From NCBI GenBank assembly GCA_050117845.1, contig JASFLY010000004.1, positions 1 to 64,000 of the forward strand: a stretch of 64,000 nt of DNA. Direction: 5' to 3'. Below the pieces are notes generated by a model. The model saw nothing but the letters and a program-made list of their open reading frames with translations. It did no database searches and had not been told where the DNA came from. A program made the position numbers and the translations under genes. Shown one piece after another: positions 57,309-64,000 of the stretch. Positions within the stretch are counted from its first letter, which is position 1; every line of letters begins with the position of its first letter. This DNA is from Candidatus Zixiibacteriota bacterium (GTDB lineage Bacteria > RBG-13-66-14 > B26-G2 > WVWN01).

Positions 57309-58514
57309 ATGGCATCGTACGCACGGGAAGTACTGGGACAGGATTACGACGTAATCGTCGCCGGCGGCGGCCCCGCCGGGTCGGCCGCGGCGTGGGCGCT
57401 CGCCCGGGCCGGCGTCCGGGTCCTCGTCGTGGACCGGAAGAAGGAGGTCGGCCGGCCGGTGCGGTGCGCCGAGGGCGTGCCGCGCCGCAAGTTCGAGGGG
57501 TTGATCGAGCCCGACCGCCGCTGGATAAGCGCCGACGTCAACGGCGGCATGGGCCACGGGCCGGAGGGCGTCACGGTCCGCCGGGACTACCCGGGGGTGG
57601 GGTACATCCTGGACCGCGACCTCTTCGACCGGGCCCTCTTCGACCGGGCCTGCGCGGCCGGGGCGACGGGTCTCCTCGGGGCCGACGTGCGGGCCGCCCG
57701 CGAGGCCGAAGGCGGCGTGGAGGTCGACGTCGTCTACAACGGCCGGGAAGGCCGGACGCTGTCGTGCCGGGCCCTCGTGGGGGCCGACGGCGTGGAGTCG
57801 GTGGTGGGCCGCTCCGCGGGCCTCTCGACCGCCGTCCACCCCCGCGACATCAATTCCTGCGCGGAGTACATCCTGGCCGGCGCCGAGATAGAGTACCCGG
57901 ATTACATTCACTTCTATTTGGGGAGGTGTTTCGCCCCCGGCGGCTACGCCTGGGTATTCCCCAAAAGGGACGGCACACACGTCGTGGGCCTCGGGATAAC
58001 GCCGACCGAAGCCGAAGGCCGCGGCCCCTTCCATTACCTCGACGATTTCGTGAAGAAACGTTTCCCCGGAAGCCGGGTCCTGGCCGTCCGCCTCGGCGCC
58101 GTGACGGCGGCCAAACCCCTGCCGCGGATAATCACCGAGCGCGTCGCGCTCGTCGGCGACGCGGCCCGCCAGTCCGACCCGTTCTCGGGCGAGGGGATCT
58201 GCCAGGCCCTCATGGCCGGCCAGGTCGCCGGCGAAGCCATATCCCGGGGCCTGGGGAACGGCAAGCTGGGCGGCGAACTTCGGACCTACCACGATAAATG
58301 GATGGAGGCGTACGGCCAGCGCTACGTGAAGCACTACAAGGTGCGGCGCGTCATCCTGGCCATGAACGACCGCGAGATAAACGATACCATCGAAATCCTC
58401 CGGGACAAGCTGGATATCGCCAATATCAAATCCTCGGAGATATTCTCTACTTTCCTGAAGGCGTTGTGGAAGAATCCGAAACTGGTGTTGCGCTTAAAAC
58501 ACCTTCTCGACTGA
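57309..58514 (+). CDS. Geranylgeranyl reductase family (digeranylgeranylglycerophospholipid reductase-like)
   Basis: GGGPAG, KKEVGRPVRCAEG, LDRDLFD, GADG, PGGYAWVFPK, VGDAA.Q.DP.SGEGI. Confidence 0.85.
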   Translation: MASYAREVLGQDYDVIVAGGGPAGSAAAWALARAGVRVLVVDRKKEVGRPVRCAEGVPRRKFEGLIEPDRRWISADVNGGMGHGPEGVTVRRDYPGVGYILDRDLFDRALFDRACAAGATGLLGADVRAAREAEGGVEVDVVYNGREGRTLSCRALVGADGVESVVGRSAGLSTAVHPRDINSCAEYILAGAEIEYPDYIHFYLGRCFAPGGYAWVFPKRDGTHVVGLGITPTEAEGRGPFHYLDDFVKKRFPGSRVLAVRLGAVTAAKPLPRIITERVALVGDAARQSDPFSGEGICQALMAGQVAGEAISRGLGNGKLGGELRTYHDKWMEAYGQRYVKHYKVRRVILAMNDREINDTIEILRDKLDIANIKSSEIFSTFLKALWKNPKLVLRLKHLLD

Positions 58515-58526
58515 GGGCGGACGGGT

Positions 58527-59243
58527 ATGGATGATCCTAAAGATTTCGAAACGCTGGCGGCGCTCGCGGAGTTGGACGTTCGCAAACGAGACCTCGAGGC
58601 GCTTCTGAAAACCTTGCCGGCGGAGGCCCAGGGCCGGGAGAACGACCTCGCCGCCCGCCGCGAGGAGTTCGCCCGCGTCGAGTATACTCTCCAGGAGTCG
58701 GGCCGCGAACGGCGCCGGTTGGAAGGCGTGCTGGAGGATAAGAACCGCCAGATCGAGAAATACCGCGTCCAGCTCGACGACGTTAAAACCAACAAGGAAT
58801 ACCAGAGTCTCCAGCACGAGATAGCGGTGATGCGGGAAGCCATATCCGAGACCGAGGATAGTCTGCTCGAATATATGGACCGGGCGGACGAGGCCGGCCG
58901 GCAGATCGACGAGCGCCGCGCCGAAGTGGAGCGCTTCGAGGCCGAGGTCGAGCGGCTGGGCCGCGAGTCCCGGGAGCGCCTGGAGGACGCCGAGGTCCAA
59001 CTCGTCGAAGTGGAAGAGAAACGCGCCCGCCTGCTGGCGGCCCTGCCGCAGTCCCTGCACGCCGAGTATCAGCGGCTCTGGGACCATTACGACGGCGGTG
59101 CGTTCGCCGTGGCGGCGGACGGCGTCTGTCGCGGGTGCTACGTGAACATCCCGGCGAAGGTCGTGGCCGAACTCCGGGCCGGCGGCCGCCTGTACCGTTG
59201 TGAGTCGTGCGGCCGCTTCATTATCCGCGTCGAGGACGAGTGA
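58527..59243 (+). CDS. Coiled-coil plus C4 zinc-ribbon protein (DUF164/CT398-like)
   Basis: VKTNKEYQSLQHEI, CRGC..CESCGR. Confidence 0.85.
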   Translation: MDDPKDFETLAALAELDVRKRDLEALLKTLPAEAQGRENDLAARREEFARVEYTLQESGRERRRLEGVLEDKNRQIEKYRVQLDDVKTNKEYQSLQHEIAVMREAISETEDSLLEYMDRADEAGRQIDERRAEVERFEAEVERLGRESRERLEDAEVQLVEVEEKRARLLAALPQSLHAEYQRLWDHYDGGAFAVAADGVCRGCYVNIPAKVVAELRAGGRLYRCESCGRFIIRVEDE

Positions 59244-59262
59244 GTCCCGGCGCCCCCCGGCT

Positions 59263-60711
59263 GTGAATATCCTTTTCCTAAATCCCCCGTTTCTGCCCAA
59301 GTTTTCCCGTGAACAGCGGAGCCCGGCGGTAACCAAGAGCGGGACCATATATTACCCGATGTGGCTCTCGTACGCCGCGGGCGCCGCGGTCGCCGCGGGC
59401 CACGACGTCCTGCTGGCCGACGTGCCCGCCGACCCCCGGTGGCCGTTCGACCGCGTCCGGGCCGAGGTCCGGGCGGGGAAATTCGACCTCGCCGTCGTCG
59501 CCACCAGCACCCCCAGCATCGCGAACGACGCGGCCGCGGCCGCGGCCCTCGCCGAGGATTGCCCCTCGCTGTGCACGGTCCTCGTCGGGCCGCACGTCTC
59601 GGCGCTGGCCGAACAGACGCTCGCCGAGTACCCGGGCCCCGACGGCGTCATGCGCGGCGAGTACGAGCGCACCGTCCTCCGGCTCGCCGACGCGCTCGCC
59701 GCCGGCGACGACCCCGCCGCCGTCCCCGGTGTGACGTGGCGAGGGGACGACGGCGTCACGTCCGCGCCCCCGGCCGAACTCGAGGACCCGGACACCTGGC
59801 CCTTCGTTTCGGAGACCTACGCCCGCTTCCTGGAGGTCGGCAACTACTTCTATTCCCACAGCCTCTATCCCATCGTGACCATTCTCTCCGCCCGGGGATG
59901 TCCCAACTACTGCATCTACTGCGTTTACCCGCAAACCTTCTCAGGGCACGGCTACCGCCCCCGGGCGACCGAGGCCGTCGTCGAGGAGCTGCGCTTCATA
60001 AAAAGAACGTGGCCCGGCGTCCGGGAGATAATGTTCGAGGACGACACCTTCTCCATCGACCACGCGCGGACGCGGGAACTGTGCGAGGCCATGGCGGCGG
60101 CGGACCTCGGCGTAAAGTGGAGCGCTAACGCGCGTTGCGACCTGGACCTCGAGACGCTGCGCATGATGAAGCGGGCCGGCTGCCGCCTTTTGTGCGTGGG
60201 GGTGGAGAGCGGCAGCGACGACATGCTGGGCGGGATGAAAAAGAGCATGGACCGCGGCCGCATCGAACGGTTCTTCGCCGACGCCGCCCGGGCCGGCGTA
60301 ATGCTCCACGGCTGTTTCATGGTGGGGAACCCGGGCGAGACCCGCGAGACGATGGAGCGGACCCTCTCCTTCGCCAAAAAACTCCGGCCCGACACGGCCC
60401 AGTTCTTCCCGGTGATGGCGTACCCCGGGACCGCGCTCTACCGCTGGGCTGAGAAGAACGGCTACCTCCGGACGACCTGCTTCGCGGAGTGGTTGACGCC
60501 GGAGGGCTCGCACAACTGCGTCATAGACCGGCCTGACCTTCCCGCCGAGGAGCTGGTCGCGTTTTGCGACCGGGCCCGCCGCGAATTCTACCTCTCGCCG
60601 CCGTACCTCGCCCGCAAGCTGTGGCAGGTCCTCGCGCGGCCCGGCGAGTTGAAGCGGACCTGGCGCTCGGGCCGGCGCTTCTTCCGCCACCTTTTAAGGG
60701 GGACACGCTAA
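59263..60711 (+). CDS. B12-binding-domain radical SAM protein (HpnJ-like)
   Basis: RGCPNYCIYC, FEDDTF, GVESG, FMVGNPGET, YPGT; GTG start at 59263. Confidence 0.85.
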   Translation: MNILFLNPPFLPKFSREQRSPAVTKSGTIYYPMWLSYAAGAAVAAGHDVLLADVPADPRWPFDRVRAEVRAGKFDLAVVATSTPSIANDAAAAAALAEDCPSLCTVLVGPHVSALAEQTLAEYPGPDGVMRGEYERTVLRLADALAAGDDPAAVPGVTWRGDDGVTSAPPAELEDPDTWPFVSETYARFLEVGNYFYSHSLYPIVTILSARGCPNYCIYCVYPQTFSGHGYRPRATEAVVEELRFIKRTWPGVREIMFEDDTFSIDHARTRELCEAMAAADLGVKWSANARCDLDLETLRMMKRAGCRLLCVGVESGSDDMLGGMKKSMDRGRIERFFADAARAGVMLHGCFMVGNPGETRETMERTLSFAKKLRPDTAQFFPVMAYPGTALYRWAEKNGYLRTTCFAEWLTPEGSHNCVIDRPDLPAEELVAFCDRARREFYLSPPYLARKLWQVLARPGELKRTWRSGRRFFRHLLRGTR

Positions 60712-60712
60712 T

Positions 60713-61732
60713 ATGGCGCGCCGCACGCCCAAATACGTTTATCAGGAAGTTTTATGGGGCCGCGACGGCCAGTCGCGAATCCGCGAAGGCCGCGTGGGCG
60801 TGTTCGGCCTGGGCGGAACCGGAGCCGCCCACGCCAGCGTCCTGGCCCGCGCCGGCGTGGGGTACCTGCGACTCGTCGACCGGGACATCGTGGAGATTAC
60901 CGACCTTCACCGTACGCACCTTTACGACGAGGCCGACGCGGCCGATCCCACGCCCAAGGCCGAAGCCGCGGCCCGCCACCTCGCCCGCATCAACGCCGAC
61001 GTCGAAACCGAAGCGGTGGTCGCATCCGCCGGGTCCCATAACGTGCGCGAACTCGTCCGCGATTTGGACGTCCTGGTCGACGGCTCCGACAACTACCGCC
61101 TCCGTTTCATACTCAACGATGCCGCGGTCGAGAACGGCGTTCCCATGGTTTACCAGGGAATAGGGGGGGCGAAGGGGGCCGCGATGGCCGTCCTTCCCGG
61201 CGTGGGCCCCTGTTTGCGGTGCTTGCTGCCCCCCCCGGATGACCTCGACGACGCCGGTTCCTGCGCGCGCGTCGGCGTATCGCCGGCGGTCACTTCCGCC
61301 ACGTCGGCCCTCGGCGCCGGCCTGACGCTGGCGCTGCTCCGGGGCGAGGGCGAGGCCGTCGCGGGGCTCTTGACGCGGCTCGTCGACGGCGGCCGGGCGG
61401 CGACCGTGGCGGTGCGGCGCGACCCGTCCTGCCCGACCTGCGGCAAGCGCGAATTCCGTTTCCTCGCTGAGGAAGTGGCGGGCCGCGTCGAACGCTGTTG
61501 CGGCGGCGGCGCTTTCGAAGTTTTCCCGGACGCCGTGATGGAGGTGGACCTCGGGGAATTGGAGAAACGGTTGGCCGCCCGTTACGCCGTCCGGCGCAAG
61601 GAGGGATTGCTGTTCGTAGGGACGGCGGACGGTTCCGCCGTTGTTTTCCGGGACGGCCGGGCCCTTATTTACGGCGCCCGCGACGAACTCGAAGCCCGAA
61701 GCGTTTACGGCCGCCTCTTCGCGCGGGGCTGA
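60713..61732 (+). CDS. ThiF/MoeB family adenylyltransferase
   Basis: GLGGTG, VDRD, PKAEAA, DGSDN, CLRC and CPTC zinc site. Confidence 0.88.
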   Translation: MARRTPKYVYQEVLWGRDGQSRIREGRVGVFGLGGTGAAHASVLARAGVGYLRLVDRDIVEITDLHRTHLYDEADAADPTPKAEAAARHLARINADVETEAVVASAGSHNVRELVRDLDVLVDGSDNYRLRFILNDAAVENGVPMVYQGIGGAKGAAMAVLPGVGPCLRCLLPPPDDLDDAGSCARVGVSPAVTSATSALGAGLTLALLRGEGEAVAGLLTRLVDGGRAATVAVRRDPSCPTCGKREFRFLAEEVAGRVERCCGGGAFEVFPDAVMEVDLGELEKRLAARYAVRRKEGLLFVGTADGSAVVFRDGRALIYGARDELEARSVYGRLFARG

Positions 61733-61756
61733 GACGCGGCCTTCCCAAGAAGCAAA

Positions 61757-61780
61757 AAGCCGGCGCGAAAGCGCCGGCTT
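61757..61780. terminator. Hairpin terminator between convergent genes
   Basis: aagccggcgc-gaaa-gcgccggctt with an upstream A-run (U-tract on the minus strand). Confidence 0.7.
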
Positions 61781-61800
61781 CGTCGTAGGTAGGTGGGGGA

Positions 61801-62841
61801 TTAACCTTTCTTGTGCACGATGAACGAGGGGCCCTGGTCGAGGCTGGTTCCCATTATGCCCCAGACGTCCCCCTGCGCGGCGATGCTTATGGCCCGTACG
61901 GTTCCCAGTTCGCCCGAGGGGACGTAACCGAGGGGCGCCACGTCGTCCTTGACCACTTCGAAGGCCGCGTTGGGGCCCGCGAAGAAGTAGTAGTCCGGCG
62001 GGAAGAAATCGCACGCCGTCAGGTAGCGGCCCTGGCCCGACGCGAATACGCGTTTATACGAAGGGCTTTCGCCGCCCTCGCGCACGTAGATGTTCGTGCG
62101 TCTCGTTACCGGCGGGATGTCGACGAAGTCGGCGTAAACGCCCGAGCCGTCGCTGCGGAAGAAGAACGACGTCGCGTTGTAAAGCGGGTGGGATTCCAGC
62201 GTCCAGAAACCGATGGCGCCGTCCCACTTGTAGCAGTAGCCGCTCCCGTAGTCCACGGCCCACCCGGCCTCGGGGCCGGAGAAGGTCCAGTGGTCCACCG
62301 TGCCGCCCTGCGATAGCGGGAACAGCGACCAGAAGCCGTCGCCGTAGTGATACGCCTCGTAGCCGTCGCTCACCCAAATGTTTTCGGCGTCGGCCGCGGC
62401 CAGCATCGTCATACGGCCGCCGTTGAGGCTGTCGGTCGGGAGTTCGGTCCACGCCTCGCCGTCGTAGTGCAGGACCACCGGCCCGGGGAATACTTCGCTC
62501 TCGCGGTAACCCAGCGCCCACCCGTTGTTCTCGGCCACGAAGTCCAGGGCCGTCAGGGTCGCGCCCGATTCGCCCGGCATGAAGAGCGAGACGTCCCACT
62601 TCTCTCCGTCGTAGGCGTAAATGAGGGCGTCGTTGGTCCCCGTCGTGGCGTTGTACCGGTAGCCGCAGGCGTAGCCCAATTTCTCGCCGAGCATTTCGAT
62701 GTCGGTCAGGATCGTATCGGGCGACGACCACGCGATGTCCCAATAGCGGACGCCCTCCACGCCCACCGGCCCTTCGTCGGAACCGCAGGCGAGCAGCAAG
62801 GCCGCGCCCGCTATCACCGTTAATACCACCGTCTTTCTCAT
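61801..62841 (-). CDS. Lipoprotein, predicted beta-propeller
   Basis: Lipobox LLAC; repeated YDG..W motifs. Confidence 0.75.
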   Translation of the reverse strand: MRKTVVLTVIAGAALLLACGSDEGPVGVEGVRYWDIAWSSPDTILTDIEMLGEKLGYACGYRYNATTGTNDALIYAYDGEKWDVSLFMPGESGATLTALDFVAENNGWALGYRESEVFPGPVVLHYDGEAWTELPTDSLNGGRMTMLAAADAENIWVSDGYEAYHYGDGFWSLFPLSQGGTVDHWTFSGPEAGWAVDYGSGYCYKWDGAIGFWTLESHPLYNATSFFFRSDGSGVYADFVDIPPVTRRTNIYVREGGESPSYKRVFASGQGRYLTACDFFPPDYYFFAGPNAAFEVVKDDVAPLGYVPSGELGTVRAISIAAQGDVWGIMGTSLDQGPSFIVHKKG

Positions 62842-62878
62842 AACGCGCTCCTCTTTTTTATCAAACCCGCGCCGCGCC

Positions 62879-64000
62879 CTAGAAGTAACGGGCTACCGTG
62901 AACCGGTGACTGGCCGGCCGGATAACGTCTCCCAGGGGCACGAACAGCGAAATGTTATTTACCGTCAGTTGGTCGCCGCGGTAATCGTAGTTTATAAACC
63001 AATCGTCGTCGAACTTGTACGCTACGCCGCCGAAGAAGACGTTGCGGGGATAGCCGAACAGGTTGTGCTCCCATCCGACCTTGGCCGCTATCTCGTCGGT
63101 CAGCCAGCGCTCTATTCCGAGGCGGGCGAACGTGTGATACGCGACGATGTCGACGTCGTCCACCCGCTCTTCGTCGTCGTCGTAGACCTCGGCCGAGAGG
63201 CTGAAACGATCGTAACCGTAATCGAAGGCCAGCGTCGTCCGGTCCCCCGGGTAGAAGGCCAGGCCGCCGCCGAACTTGTAGTGGCGCTCGCCGCACTCCG
63301 CGTAGCGGTAATTCTCGGCGCTGCGCTCGCCGAAGGGCCCCACGAGGTCCCACGTTTCGCCGCGCCGATCCACCGTGACGTTCGGGATGAACTGCAGCTC
63401 GACCTCGCCGCCCACTCGTAAGTTGCTGAGCAACTCGTAGCGGCCGTTACCGCCGACCGTGATGCCCGTCCCCTTGAGGTCGAGCGACCCGCTCGAGCCG
63501 CGGCTGGTTATGCTGCCCGGGGGTTCCTCGGTCACGGCGTCGTAATAGTCGAGGCCGCTTTCGAGTATCCGGGCGCCCACCGTGCCGCCCACGTCGTAGC
63601 GGTCGTCCGGCCGGAAGGAGTAGCCGCCGCGGATGCGATACTCCTTGACCTCGCGCCGGCCCCAAAGCTCCTCGACGCTGTGATAGCCCTCCACCCCCGT
63701 CGCCGGGAGGAACTCGAAGTCGTACTCCCCTTCGAGCTTTTCGGGCAGGAAGGAGAAGGACCCGCCGACGACGTGCGGCGCGAACTCGGCCGCGCCTGCC
63801 GCCGTTATGCCGTAGCGTTGACTGGTGAGGTCGAGGTGGGTCCAGCCGTCGTCGAACCCGGCCAGGGGGTCGACCGTAACGGCGCCGCCGTTATAGCCCA
63901 GCGCCGCGGCCGTCCGGTCGTATTCCACGGCCCCGCCTATTACCCAGAAGTCGCGGCGGTACGCGCCCAAAGCCCGGCCGCCGAGGCCCGCGGTGTAGGA
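62879..64000 (-). CDS. Outer-membrane beta-barrel protein, 5' end outside the window
   Basis: Alternating aromatic strands; C-terminal Phe (TVARYF). Confidence 0.7.
   Translation of the reverse strand, partial: SYTAGLGGRALGAYRRDFWVIGGAVEYDRTAAALGYNGGAVTVDPLAGFDDGWTHLDLTSQRYGITAAGAAEFAPHVVGGSFSFLPEKLEGEYDFEFLPATGVEGYHSVEELWGRREVKEYRIRGGYSFRPDDRYDVGGTVGARILESGLDYYDAVTEEPPGSITSRGSSGSLDLKGTGITVGGNGRYELLSNLRVGGEVELQFIPNVTVDRRGETWDLVGPFGERSAENYRYAECGERHYKFGGGLAFYPGDRTTLAFDYGYDRFSLSAEVYDDDEERVDDVDIVAYHTFARLGIERWLTDEIAAKVGWEHNLFGYPRNVFFGGVAYKFDDDWFINYDYRGDQLTVNNISLFVPLGDVIRPASHRFTVARYF

Noticed and set aside
1..64000. CRISPR array, rRNA, tRNA, IS or prophage
   Set aside because: No regularly spaced repeats, RNA gene signatures, transposase, integrase or phage genes seen by eye.

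Overview
High-GC diderm bacterial chromosome segment, mostly housekeeping plus cell-envelope genes. I found no rRNA, tRNA, CRISPR array, integrase or transposase. Lipoprotein signals, outer-membrane barrels and T9SS/FlgD-like C-terminal tails suggest an FCB-affiliated candidate phylum (inference only). Recognisable genes: DUF885, an SdhA/FrdA-like flavoprotein, nitroreductase, sucC and sucD separated by an MNT-HEPN pair, recN, an ArsR regulator, apgM, archaeal-type proS, an O-antigen ligase-like gene, an ECF sigma factor, a DegT aminotransferase, mutS2, a porin-pstSCAB-phoU operon, a sigma54-type promoter ahead of REC/Hsp20-NYN-dnaK, coaD, a USP, and a seven-gene operon with lipid enzymes. Most notable: (1) a 17-kb tandem array of seven secreted M28 metallopeptidase paralogues, six carrying a highly variable beta-propeller inserted in the catalytic domain, with signs of gene conversion and one probable pseudo-enzyme; (2) adjacent CDP-alcohol phosphotransferase, DGGGP-synthase-like and archaeal-type geranylgeranyl reductase genes; (3) a structured pst leader whose Shine-Dalgarno-like loop is exactly complementary over 12 nt to a site just after pstS; (4) a shared C-terminal APxSxGxxxAxFR motif on two unrelated secreted proteins; (5) an uncalled Cys-rich microprotein downstream of ArsR with a shared operator-like motif. 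All calls come from reading motifs by eye; no database searches were run.
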